Shown here: positions 45,477 through 54,777 of the stretch, in pieces
Layout of the letters: each line of letters starts with the position of its first letter
How positions within the stretch are numbered: the stretch's first letter is position 1
The notes under the pieces: model-generated
Databases searched by the model: none
The model's input: the letters and a program-made list of their open reading frames with translations, nothing else
Told to the model about the DNA's origin: nothing
Program-made: the position numbers and the translations under genes
NCBI GenBank assembly: GCA_964547425.1
Contig: CAZJNH010000001.1
Span: forward strand, 5,295-69,294
DNA: 64,000 nt
Reading direction: 5' to 3'
Source of the DNA: an uncultured Candidatus Saccharibacteria bacterium
GTDB taxonomy: Bacteria > Patescibacteriota > Saccharimonadia > UBA4664 > CAZJNH01

Positions 45477-45513
45477 TCCTCTCCTTTGGTCGGAAATGAA
45501 AATGGCTGCGGAA

Positions 45514-45729
45514 TTAGTACCTCTTGATCCCACCGATCGCTCCGGCAATCACCACTATCAGTGGTAGGCCGAAGAGAAACCCCTCCGCCGCAGCAGCGAA
45601 CCCGCCGTGGCTGATTGCGGCTACATTGGCCGACCAGTCAGCAACAAACAGGAGCTCCCAGACCGCCACGGTGATCAACAGGATCCACCATACCGGGTCG
45701 GGACTGAAGAACAACCTAAACCGTCGCAA
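45514..45729 (-). CDS. small two-TM membrane protein (TTG start)
   Basis: 71 aa with two hydrophobic helices. AAGGAG lies 5 nt upstream of TTG. Shares a near-identical 32-nt leader with the cupin gene. Confidence 0.4.
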   Translation of the reverse strand: MRRFRLFFSPDPVWWILLITVAVWELLFVADWSANVAAISHGGFAAAAEGFLFGLPLIVVIAGAIGGIKRY

Positions 45730-45958
45730 CTTTGCTCCTTTGCTCGGAAATGAAAATGGCTGCGGAGCTGGTTACTGCAACAGTTACGGGAAAGTTAGGA
45801 AAAGCGTTTCAAGTTTGTAAGTTTGGGCTTTTCTAACTGAAAACCATAAAGAGAAAATAACCAGGTCTGCAGCCACTTGGGCTAGCAACTCAAAGAACGA
45901 ATGGGCACAAGTATACCAAAGCATTACCCTTTTGTCAACCCTTCTACACCGCTCAGGG

Positions 45959-46330
45959 CTAGGAGGACTCTTCTTCGTGGCCGAAAAGGTTGCGAACGGC
46001 GGTACGAACCCGGCGTTTTTCGCCTTGGTGCTTGTCTTTGTATTTCAGAAACTGGATTTTAGCCTTAGCCTCAACAATGTCGACGGCGGCGTAAAAACTG
46101 ACCGTTGCCTCCTTGGCCATAACCTCATGACCTGGCAATTTCACAATAAATTCACAGACAAACCGATTGTCCTCGCGCCCGCTAACGTCTTCTTCGAGGA
46201 CTACCTTTCCTGCCGGATTTTTGGTATTGCGCGGCAAATACTTATCCAATCGACCCAATTTGTGCTCAATATAGCGTTTAATCTTTTCGTCCAGCTCGTA
46301 ATTCAGACCCGTAATGTGCAGTTTGATCAT
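45959..46330 (-). CDS. hpf: ribosome hibernation promoting factor (HPF/RaiA)
   Basis: 123 aa. Typical N-terminus MIKLHITGLNYELDEKIKRYIE. Confidence 0.8.
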   Translation of the reverse strand: MIKLHITGLNYELDEKIKRYIEHKLGRLDKYLPRNTKNPAGKVVLEEDVSGREDNRFVCEFIVKLPGHEVMAKEATVSFYAAVDIVEAKAKIQFLKYKDKHQGEKRRVRTAVRNLFGHEEESS

Positions 46331-47544
46331 AAGTGCTTCCCTCCGTAATATTTCGCCAGCTTAGCCGACAATTCCACCTTGCCGTCCTTGTGGTGGTTTT
46401 CGATCACCGCTATCAGCGCCCGGCTGGTGGCAATCGCCGTGGCGTTTAGCGTATGCACCGGCTCATTGCCTTTCTCGCCCTTGGTCCGAATATTAAGCCG
46501 CCGAGCCTGGAAATCGGTACAGTTACTAGCGCTGGTTAACTCTCGGTACTCGCCATCCGCCGGGCTCCAATACTCCAGGTCGTATTTCTGGTAGGCCGGC
46601 GCGCTCATATCGCCCGCCGCGGTTCGAGTTACCCGGTACGGTACACCCAAAGCCTGGACTATGTCTTCTTCTAATTTCACTAATTTTTCGAGAGTTTTAT
46701 GGCTTTCGTCTGGAGCGCAAAAAACGTACATTTCGAGTTTGTTGAATTGATGGACCCGGAAAAGACCCTTCGAATGCTTGCCGTAAGCGCCCGCTTCCCT
46801 CCTGTAGGCTGGTGACAATGCGGCGTACAGCTTGGGCAATTGTTCGGCCGGAATAATTTCGTCGGCATGAAATCCAGTCAGCGGGATCTCGGCAGTTGCG
46901 ATCAGATGCAGATCTTCGTTATCGACGCTGTAAACCTGTTTCTCCTCCCCTCGAGGCAAAAAACCGGTGCCGGCAGAGACCCGGCTGTTAGCCAGATGAG
47001 GCACGCTCATCAGCGTAAACCCAGCCTCGGCCACCATATCCATCGCCAGATGAACGATCGCCCGCTCAAGCTTAACCGCTTCGCCTATGAGGTAGTAAAA
47101 CCTGCTTCCTGCGACCTTCGCGCCTCGTTCAAAATCGATTAATCCTCTCTGTTCCAAAAAGGTTAGGTGGTCTACCCCGCCGGCTTTTTTAGGTTTGCCC
47201 CACTTCCGCTCGACTTTGTTGGCATCCTCCCCTCCCTTTGGGGTATCCTTGGCCATCAGATTAGGCACCGACAGCAGCATCTCTTCCAGTTCGGTGTCGG
47301 CGCTGATCTGCTCCGCCTCCTTGACCGTTAGAACCGCTTTAACCTTTTGCAGTTTCTCGAGCGCCGCTTTGTCCGGTTTGCCTTTGAGGTTAAGCTGGGA
47401 ACGCAGTTCATCAACATCCTGAATCAGCTTTAGCCGCTCCTCATCAAGCTTCTTGATACGAGCAAAATCGACCTTAAGCCCACGCAGTTTGGCCGATTCT
47501 TCGTAATCACGGGGGTGCTCCCGGAAGTGTTTAATATCGATCAT
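46327..47544 (-). CDS. serS: serine--tRNA ligase
   Basis: N-terminal coiled-coil arm, class II core (FRREAGAYGKHSKGLFRVHQF). 405 aa. Confidence 0.9.
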   Translation of the reverse strand: MIDIKHFREHPRDYEESAKLRGLKVDFARIKKLDEERLKLIQDVDELRSQLNLKGKPDKAALEKLQKVKAVLTVKEAEQISADTELEEMLLSVPNLMAKDTPKGGEDANKVERKWGKPKKAGGVDHLTFLEQRGLIDFERGAKVAGSRFYYLIGEAVKLERAIVHLAMDMVAEAGFTLMSVPHLANSRVSAGTGFLPRGEEKQVYSVDNEDLHLIATAEIPLTGFHADEIIPAEQLPKLYAALSPAYRREAGAYGKHSKGLFRVHQFNKLEMYVFCAPDESHKTLEKLVKLEEDIVQALGVPYRVTRTAAGDMSAPAYQKYDLEYWSPADGEYRELTSASNCTDFQARRLNIRTKGEKGNEPVHTLNATAIATSRALIAVIENHHKDGKVELSAKLAKYYGGKHL

Positions 47545-47575
47545 TTGATCTCAAGTATACCAGCTTTTGGCTGTC

Positions 47576-49042
47576 TTAAGCCTTCAGGCGGAGGCGGTTT
47601 AGGACGAATTTACGGTCTAGGGTCTCGAGGAACCAGCCTGCTCTGGGACCGCTATCTTTGCCCAGTAACACCTTATAAACGGCCTGGAAGGCCTCTATTG
47701 GCCTCAAATCGGCCTTCTCGCGGCAAGCATAAACAAGATCGTGAATTCCCTGCCCCGTCAGGTCTTCTTCCTTCTCGAGACCATCCGCCAGATCTGCCAA
47801 AAACGCCTTCTGGTCGCCTGATAGATCGATCTTCGGCAGTTTCTCCTGAACCTCGAATTTCACCTCTTCCGGGGCGTATTTGGCCAGCCAATGCTTAACG
47901 TAGTCCAATTCCCTCGTAAGTACCGCTTTTTGGTCCTTTACCGCCGCCTCGTAGCCTGTTCTCTCTAAGATTTCAGACACCTGATCAGGCTTGCCTAGCG
48001 CCGCTTGGTACGACGCTACCAAATGGCTAAAAGGTACGGAGGAGATGGTTTGCTCCTTGGTTCCGCCGCTGGCGATCTCATACGCCCTGCGGAACTCGTG
48101 GAATTCGTTGGACCTGACCGCCTGTTCGATCTGGGAGTACTCTTCGATCAGGTTATATATGCCCAACCCGGAATCGAACTGCAACGTCCGCTCCGGCCGG
48201 CTTTTGAGTATGAAGTAACGCAAGATCTCGGCCGGCATAACTTTAAGTACGTCCGCCGGAGTTAGGCCGGTGCCGGCTGAAGCGCTCATTTTTTTGCTCT
48301 GGCCCTTAGGGTTAATAAATTCGTAGGGAACAGGATAAGGCGCTTCGCCGCTAAATACCTGTTTGACCAATTCCTTACCCGAGTCATAAGATCCGCCTTT
48401 TGAAGCATGGTCGCGGCCGAAAGGTTCAACCTGCACACCATAAAGCGCCCAGCGGGCCGGCCAGTCCAGCCGCCAGCTTAGTTTCGTCGTTCCATCTGGA
48501 TATTCGTCAATAGGTGTCCAGTCCTCCGGCAACTTGCGGCCGGTGACCTCGGTGATTATCTTTTTAACTGCGTCGAGCTTTTCGGTGACTTTGGCGATGG
48601 AGTCATTGAATTTGCCAGCTTCGTAGAGTTCGTGGCTGCGTAAAACCTCCATATCGATTTTGAGAGGTTCGATAACATCCAAAAATTCCGCTAAATAGTG
48701 CTCGGCATAACTTTTGTGGCAGTTATTGGGATCGGGCACAGCATTTAAGGTTTGTCCGATAAATTCATTGTATTTTTCGGGCACCCCGGCCGGAACTTTC
48801 CGGAAAGGATCTAAATCGTCGCAAAAATGCAGATGCCTGGCTTCTCTTCCTGCTTCTTTGAGAGCATAAGTAACCGCGTCAGCGGTCAGAACTTCTCGCA
48901 AATGCCCAACGTGATAAATTCCTGATGGCGCCACGCCACTCGAGACAATAATTTCACCCTTCGGGTGCTTATCGATAATGTCCGCCACCACGATATCCAG
49001 CCAGTATTTAGAGCCGCTCGCCTGCTTTTCCATCTGCCTCAT
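47576..49042 (-). CDS. lysS: class I aminoacyl-tRNA synthetase, most consistent with class I lysyl-tRNA synthetase (LysK type)
   Basis: HIGH region (APSGIYHVGHLREVL) and KMSAS (KKMSASAGTG). Size 488 aa. The PSGxxHxGHxRE pattern favours LysRS-I over GluRS or ArgRS, but this was not verified by alignment. Confidence 0.65.
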   Translation of the reverse strand: MRQMEKQASGSKYWLDIVVADIIDKHPKGEIIVSSGVAPSGIYHVGHLREVLTADAVTYALKEAGREARHLHFCDDLDPFRKVPAGVPEKYNEFIGQTLNAVPDPNNCHKSYAEHYLAEFLDVIEPLKIDMEVLRSHELYEAGKFNDSIAKVTEKLDAVKKIITEVTGRKLPEDWTPIDEYPDGTTKLSWRLDWPARWALYGVQVEPFGRDHASKGGSYDSGKELVKQVFSGEAPYPVPYEFINPKGQSKKMSASAGTGLTPADVLKVMPAEILRYFILKSRPERTLQFDSGLGIYNLIEEYSQIEQAVRSNEFHEFRRAYEIASGGTKEQTISSVPFSHLVASYQAALGKPDQVSEILERTGYEAAVKDQKAVLTRELDYVKHWLAKYAPEEVKFEVQEKLPKIDLSGDQKAFLADLADGLEKEEDLTGQGIHDLVYACREKADLRPIEAFQAVYKVLLGKDSGPRAGWFLETLDRKFVLNRLRLKA

Positions 49043-49044
49043 TG

Positions 49045-49073
49045 TAAAACAAAAGAACCCGTTTCAGGGTTCT
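49045..49073 (-). terminator. intrinsic terminator downstream of greA
   Basis: AGAACCC-loop-GGGTTCT followed on the minus strand by UUUUGUUUUAC. Confidence 0.45.
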
Positions 49074-49137
49074 TTAGAAGTTTGTAATTCTCTAATCTGT
49101 TAAGGGTGTAACCCTTTTCAGGTTGGCGATTTACAAG

Positions 49138-49611
49138 TTACTCGATTTTGAGGATTTTGTAGGTCATGGTGCCGGACGGGACTTTGACTTCAACTTCGTC
49201 GCCGGCCTTGCAGCCCATTAAGGCCATGCCGATCGGGGATTCATTCGAGATTTTGCCCTCTTCGGGGTTGGCTTCGGTTGAGCCAACGATAGTGTATTTC
49301 TGCTTGCCTTCCTCGAGTTCGACGTGCACGGTAGTGCCCAAGTCGACGGTGTCTTTTTTGCGCGGCGACTCAATGATCGAAGCGTGCTTTAAGATGTGGT
49401 CGATTTCGGCGATACGGCCTTCAATGAAAGCCTGCTGGTCCTTGGCGTCATCCCACTGGATGTTTTCCGAGAGGTCGCCGTACTCTTTGGCCTCACGCAG
49501 TTTGACGGCGATCTTTTGCCTCTGGTTGCCGGTTAAATCCTCCAGCTCTTCCTTCAGCTTGTCGATACCATCCTTGGTCAGGTAATACTCTTTTTTGATG
49601 CTGTTGTTCAT
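49138..49611 (-). CDS. greA: transcription elongation factor GreA
   Basis: 157 aa. N-terminal coiled-coil with the acidic tip (DLSENIQWDDAKD), C-terminal FKBP-like domain. Confidence 0.88.
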   Translation of the reverse strand: MNNSIKKEYYLTKDGIDKLKEELEDLTGNQRQKIAVKLREAKEYGDLSENIQWDDAKDQQAFIEGRIAEIDHILKHASIIESPRKKDTVDLGTTVHVELEEGKQKYTIVGSTEANPEEGKISNESPIGMALMGCKAGDEVEVKVPSGTMTYKILKIE

Positions 49612-49781
49612 ATCTTTTCCTTCCCCTCTCTTCTGATAAAAAAGCCCGGTTCGACCCGAGACCTGCGGTAATTTCTGTTATTTGCTAATTGATTTTGGCC
49701 CCGCTTTCAAAAAGTGTCAATAGTTACTATTGTCAAAAATCTTTAGAAACAGTTATGTCTCCTGAAGACCGATTTAACAGA

Positions 49782-51800
49782 TTATTTGCGGTGTTTCGTG
49801 AAGTACCATTGGAGCGTTTCTTTAACCGCCGGCCCGGCCCAAACCGACCCTTCACCGGCGTTTTCAATTAGCGCCACAATTTCGATTCTGGGGTGGTCGT
49901 ACGGCGCGAAGGCAGTAAACCAGGCGTGCGGTTTTCGGTGGCCGTTGGGGTCGGTTTCGGCGGTGCCGGTCTTGGCCGCGACCGCTACCGGGAACTTATC
50001 GCCGAAAACGAAGTGGGCGGTACCGGCCGTTACTACCAGCCGCATGGCGTTGCGGACGATTTGTAAGTTGGCCTGATCGATGAAGTTTTGCCGGACAAGA
50101 GTTGGCTTAAAGTTTTGGCTTACCTTATCACCGTCAAATACCTGATCAAGCAGCTTTGGCTGATACACCTTACCGCCGTTTGCTACCGCCGCCTCGGCCA
50201 CCGCCATTTGGAGCGGCGAGGCTAGAAAATCTCCTTGGCCGACGCCCATATTGTAAGTGTCGCCCAAATACCAGGTTTCACCGGTCGCCTGTTTTTTCCA
50301 CTCAGGGGTCGGAACTCGGCCACTGGTCTCCCCTGGCACGTCGATACCGGTCGTCTCCCCCAGCCCAAACTTGTGCATGTACTCGGCTAGTTTCGTGGCG
50401 CCAATGCCTTTAATCGGGCCGAAGCCGCCGGCCACCGTATAGAAAAAAATGTTTGATGATAGTTGGATGGCGCGGGTAATATTAACAATCCCTAATCCTC
50501 CAGGCTCGTAGCTGTGAAATACGTATTTGATTTTCGGATTGTACCGGTTAGGAATTTCCAGGCCGGCACCGGTGTCATCAACGGTGGTTTCGGGCGTTAC
50601 CACATGTTCTTGGAGAACCGACGAGGCCACAATCGGCTTGATGATCGACCCGGTGGGATAGGCCCCGCCGATGGCTTTGTTAAACAGCGGCTCGGCGGGG
50701 TTATTGAGAAGTTGGTTGTAGTCCGACTGCTTAATGCCGTTGGTAAACAAATTGCCGTTGTAACTCGGCAGACTCACAGCCGCCAAGACTTCGCCGGTTC
50801 GCGGGTCGATCGCGACTCCGGCTGCCTGGGTCGAACCCGCCCGCCGCATTTGTTTTTGGAGCGCGGCGGCGAAGACTTTTTCCAAACCAAAATCGATGGT
50901 TAAGCGAATGTCGTGGCCGATCTGGGCCGGGACCGAGGCCAGGACTTTGACGGGGTTGCCCTGGGCGTCAACCTCGATTTGCTGGCTGCCGCTGCGGCCA
51001 CGCAAAATCTGTTCGTACTGGCGCTCGATGCCAAGCTTGCCGATGTAGTCGGTCTGCAAATAACTGGGGTCCTGGGCCAAATCGTCCTGGCTCACCCGGC
51101 CGATGTAGCCGAGAAAGTGGCTGAGCAACCCACCATCCAGGTACTGGCGCGTCGGGTTAACGTCGAGATGAAAGCCCGGCAGTTTGGGCAGGTCCTGCTC
51201 CACTAGCAATGCCTGGTCGCGGGTTAAGCCCGAGGCGATTAGTTCGGGCTGGAGCGGATTGAGTTTTTTGTTTTCGGAAATTGCGGCGATCTTGGCGGGC
51301 CTCATCTTCAGCAGCTGCCCTAAACGGCTGTACGCCGCCTGCCGGTCGCTGTCTGATTTGGCCAGCAAACTGGGGGTGACGCTAACATCAAAGGCCGGGA
51401 TGTTTTTTACCAGCGCCACGCCGTTTCGGTCGTAGATTGCTCCCCGCGGCGCCCGGTCGATCTTCTCCCGAATCCGGTTGCCTTCGGCCAGGCCGAGGTT
51501 TCGCGCGCCTTGAATAATTTGCAGGCTAAACAGCCGGCTGGTTAAAAGCCCGACTAAAACGACCGCAAACACCGACAACAGTACTACCGGGCGGCGATTA
51601 AACCGCTCTTCGATTTTGCCGGCGTCCCGGTCGCCTTTCATCATGGCCTCCGGCCCAATCTCCTGGCCCTCGCTGCCTTTCTTGACCTTAAGTTTCCCGC
51701 CGCGCGGCATTTTGTGGTCGTCGAGGCTAAATTTGGGACCGAATTTGGCGCTCACGAAGCCAACACCCCTTCCGGCGGCAGCCGCAGCAGTCTCATCCAC
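49782..51800 (-). CDS. mrdA: class B PBP, elongation transpeptidase PBP2 (MrdA)
   Basis: TM, dimerisation domain, transpeptidase motifs (STIKP, SSN, KTGTA). Immediately downstream of mreBCD. The true start is probably an internal Met (51710 or 51641), which would reduce the overlap with mreD. Confidence 0.85.
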   Translation of the reverse strand: MDETAAAAAGRGVGFVSAKFGPKFSLDDHKMPRGGKLKVKKGSEGQEIGPEAMMKGDRDAGKIEERFNRRPVVLLSVFAVVLVGLLTSRLFSLQIIQGARNLGLAEGNRIREKIDRAPRGAIYDRNGVALVKNIPAFDVSVTPSLLAKSDSDRQAAYSRLGQLLKMRPAKIAAISENKKLNPLQPELIASGLTRDQALLVEQDLPKLPGFHLDVNPTRQYLDGGLLSHFLGYIGRVSQDDLAQDPSYLQTDYIGKLGIERQYEQILRGRSGSQQIEVDAQGNPVKVLASVPAQIGHDIRLTIDFGLEKVFAAALQKQMRRAGSTQAAGVAIDPRTGEVLAAVSLPSYNGNLFTNGIKQSDYNQLLNNPAEPLFNKAIGGAYPTGSIIKPIVASSVLQEHVVTPETTVDDTGAGLEIPNRYNPKIKYVFHSYEPGGLGIVNITRAIQLSSNIFFYTVAGGFGPIKGIGATKLAEYMHKFGLGETTGIDVPGETSGRVPTPEWKKQATGETWYLGDTYNMGVGQGDFLASPLQMAVAEAAVANGGKVYQPKLLDQVFDGDKVSQNFKPTLVRQNFIDQANLQIVRNAMRLVVTAGTAHFVFGDKFPVAVAAKTGTAETDPNGHRKPHAWFTAFAPYDHPRIEIVALIENAGEGSVWAGPAVKETLQWYFTKHRK

Positions 51801-52255
51801 AGCCGGTGAAAAACGACGGTCAATAGCAAGTTAAGCAGCAGCTCCAGGCCGATCAGCCGGCCAACTGTTAGCCAGGGAATCTGGGTTCTCCCGAGAATTA
51901 AACTGCCCAGAACGGCGAAGTTGTAGCCGACCGTGCCGAGCGCTACTATCGCGGCCGCACTGCCGAGATTCTCACTGGCCGCGCCGGCCTGCCGCAAAAA
52001 AACCACCGCTAAGGCGTAGAAACTATAAAAGGCCATCCGTAAACCAAAGTCCGCCCCGCTGGCAAAATCAAGCAGCAGCCCGCCAACTAACGCCGCCGCC
52101 AGGGTTTGGCTGGCCGGACGCATCAAAGCAAAATAAGTAATAGTAATAAGCAACAAGTTTGGCAGTACCCCCAGCGGCCGGGCGGCGCCCAGGAAGTTAA
52201 TCTGCAGCCAGACCGTAACAATTAGGACCGCGGCAGCAGCTATCGTGTATCTCAC
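51752..52255 (-). CDS. mreD: rod shape-determining protein MreD
   Basis: 167 aa polytopic protein immediately after mreC. Confidence 0.6.
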   Translation of the reverse strand: MRYTIAAAAVLIVTVWLQINFLGAARPLGVLPNLLLITITYFALMRPASQTLAAALVGGLLLDFASGADFGLRMAFYSFYALAVVFLRQAGAASENLGSAAAIVALGTVGYNFAVLGSLILGRTQIPWLTVGRLIGLELLLNLLLTVVFHRLWMRLLRLPPEGVLAS

Positions 52256-53067
52256 TGCTTAACGACCGAAACCAGCTCGAGTTTGGGCAGGCTTAAACCG
52301 CTAGACAACCTGGCCGACTGGAAAACCGCACCCTTGGAGCTCGACACGCTGTCGACCCGGCCGATAATCAGGCCCCGCGGGAACTCTCCGCCCAAGCCGC
52401 TGGTGATAACGGTGTTGCCGGGTTGGATGGTGTCGCTTTGGGCGATTTTGTCCATCAATAAACCTCCTCCAATCTGGCCGCTAATAATGCCAGTCGCGCG
52501 GGTTTCCTGGCACAACCCAGCCACCCGAAAGTCCGGATCGCTGACCAAAAAGACCTTGGCGCCGCTACGGCTGACTTCGCTGATTTTGCCGACCAATACG
52601 CCCTCCGAAATCACGGCCATGCCAACTTTGAGACCGTCTCCGGTACCGCGGTTGATAGTTAAAAACTGCCGAAAATTGTCGGGCTGGTATGCCACGACGC
52701 GGGCCAATACTAACTTGAGCGAGCTGTTTTCGTTGAAATTGAGCTGACGGCGCAGGTTGGCGTTCTCGACCTTAAGCTCCGCATCCTGGCTCAGCTGAGT
52801 CCTTAAGTCCGCCACTTCAGCTTCGAGCCGGGAGTTGTCGGATGCTAGATGGGACAAGTCACCCGCAGTACTCAAAAAGCCACCGGTGCCGCGGCCAAGG
52901 CCGGCGAACCACGAGCCGATTGGCGCTACGGTGTAGTCGGTCACGACGTGTAAAGGCCCCAACCAGCCCTCCCTTTGGGCACCAACCAGCAGGGCGCCAG
53001 CCAGGACCAAGCCCAGAATTCGGCGGCCAGCGGGCCGGTTAAAGTTTGAGTGTTTAAGCTTGGCCAT
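52252..53067 (-). CDS. mreC: rod shape-determining protein MreC
   Basis: N-terminal TM, coiled-coil, beta-rich C-terminal domains. Sits between mreB and mreD. Confidence 0.8.
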   Translation of the reverse strand: MAKLKHSNFNRPAGRRILGLVLAGALLVGAQREGWLGPLHVVTDYTVAPIGSWFAGLGRGTGGFLSTAGDLSHLASDNSRLEAEVADLRTQLSQDAELKVENANLRRQLNFNENSSLKLVLARVVAYQPDNFRQFLTINRGTGDGLKVGMAVISEGVLVGKISEVSRSGAKVFLVSDPDFRVAGLCQETRATGIISGQIGGGLLMDKIAQSDTIQPGNTVITSGLGGEFPRGLIIGRVDSVSSSKGAVFQSARLSSGLSLPKLELVSVVKQ

Positions 53068-53073
53068 TCGTTA

Positions 53074-54132
53074 TCATCGGGGGATTTTGCCAAATTGGGT
53101 TGGCACGATAATGTCCTTTAATTTATCGAGGTCTTCCAGGACCAGCCCAGTTCCGCGGACAACAGTGGTTAATGGATCTTCGGTAATTTTGACCGGCATC
53201 CGGGTTTCGCGGTGGACGAGCAGGTTCAGACCCGACAGCAGCGCGCCGCCGCCGGCCAGATAAATCCCCCTGTCCATAATGTCGGCCACCAGCTCAGGCG
53301 GAGTTTCTTCGATGGTAATTTTAATGGCCTCGACAATTTCGCGGACACTGCGAGCCAGCGCCATTCGAATCTGTTCAGGATTTACCATAATCTCCCGTGG
53401 CAGCCCGCTAACCAAATCGCGGCCGCGCATCGGCATTTGATGCTTTTCGTCTTTGCCGGTTGGGTATGCGGACCCGATGCCGATTTTAATACTCTCGGCT
53501 GTACGCTCCCCGATTTGCAGGTTAAATTCGTCACGGGCGTATTGGATAATGTCGTCGTTTAGCTCGTCGCCGGCGATCCTTAAAGATCGAGAGGCCACAA
53601 TTCCGCCAAGAGAAATAATCGCCACCTCCGTCGTCCCCCCACCTATGTCGACGATCATCGAACCGGCAGCGTCATGAATCGGCAGCCGGCTGCCGATCGC
53701 CGCTGCCATTGGCTCCTCAACCAGGAAAGTTTGGCGAGCACCGGCGTTGGTAGCGGCGTCTTCAACCGCCCGTTTCTCTACCTCTGTAACTCCAGACGGA
53801 ATACCGATCACCACCCGCGGACGCGGTACCACCGTAAAGCTCTCTTTGTGGACCTTGTCGATGAAGTAGCGCAGCATTTGCTCGGTCACTTCGAAGTCAC
53901 TGACCACGCCATCAACCAGCGGCCGTGTGGCTACAATGTTAGCCGGCGTCTTGCCGACCATTTGCTTGGCCTCCTCACCTATCGCCAGGATCTGGTTATT
54001 GTGCTTGTTGATAGCAACGACACTCGGTTCGTTGATGACGATGCCTTTTCCGCGGACGTATACCAGCGTATTGGCGGTACCCAAATCGATCCCCACATCG
54101 TGCGAGAATTTGCCCAAAAACCGCTTAATCAA
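53074..54132 (-). CDS. mreB: rod shape-determining actin homologue MreB
   Basis: Actin-fold phosphate motifs (GIDLGTANT, DIGGGTTE). TTG start with a GGGGAG SD. Confidence 0.92.
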   Translation of the reverse strand: MIKRFLGKFSHDVGIDLGTANTLVYVRGKGIVINEPSVVAINKHNNQILAIGEEAKQMVGKTPANIVATRPLVDGVVSDFEVTEQMLRYFIDKVHKESFTVVPRPRVVIGIPSGVTEVEKRAVEDAATNAGARQTFLVEEPMAAAIGSRLPIHDAAGSMIVDIGGGTTEVAIISLGGIVASRSLRIAGDELNDDIIQYARDEFNLQIGERTAESIKIGIGSAYPTGKDEKHQMPMRGRDLVSGLPREIMVNPEQIRMALARSVREIVEAIKITIEETPPELVADIMDRGIYLAGGGALLSGLNLLVHRETRMPVKITEDPLTTVVRGTGLVLEDLDKLKDIIVPTQFGKIPR

Positions 54133-54320
54133 AACTCCCCACTTCCACTCTCATTCAATTTAGTTTAACAGGGTTTTACAGATTAGCTCAACCGTTATAG
54201 ACGACATTTATTGAACACCTAAAAAGACCAGGCCTAAACCTGATAGAAAGCATAACAATTGTGTTCAACTTTCCAATGATAAGAGCCCCAAATAGCTGAC
54301 TCTTATCAACTACTTAGGGC

Positions 54321-54695
54321 TCAGTAAAGCCCGGAGAGGCGGCGCTCAACTCTCCAATCCTCCAATTCATCCTGAAGCTGCCGATCTCGACGGAGAGTCC
54401 GGGCCGATAGAGACAGTGGTGGATACGGCCCAACTATCCGTTTTCCGCGAAGACGATGGCCGGCTCTCCACCAATCCCGCTCAATTAGATCGGGGATGGA
54501 GTCACCGCGGACCCGAACGATGACATCGTTGAAGTCGAAGACGACCAATGGGCCAGCTCTGTACTCCGTCGAAACGCTCCCAGGGCTTGCGTGCTGCCGC
54601 GAGATCCCGATCGCTGTCTCGATGGCTGCACGAATGCCCGTTCCAGTTACCACGCGCAGTTCGAGCTTTTCAACATACACCAGCGTGCGGTCCAT
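54321..54695 (-). CDS. hypothetical protein in a small, locally GC-rich insert
   Basis: 124 aa ORF between mreB and murB. GC is visibly higher than the neighbours. No motif recognised. Confidence 0.3.
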   Translation of the reverse strand: MDRTLVYVEKLELRVVTGTGIRAAIETAIGISRQHASPGSVSTEYRAGPLVVFDFNDVIVRVRGDSIPDLIERDWWRAGHRLRGKRIVGPYPPLSLSARTLRRDRQLQDELEDWRVERRLSGLY

Positions 54696-54777
54696 ATCCG
54701 CTCCATTCTGATAGGTACGACGTGCTGTCAGCAGCAGATTATGGACTTAGCCAAGAAGCAAGTCAATCGAGAGCGGC

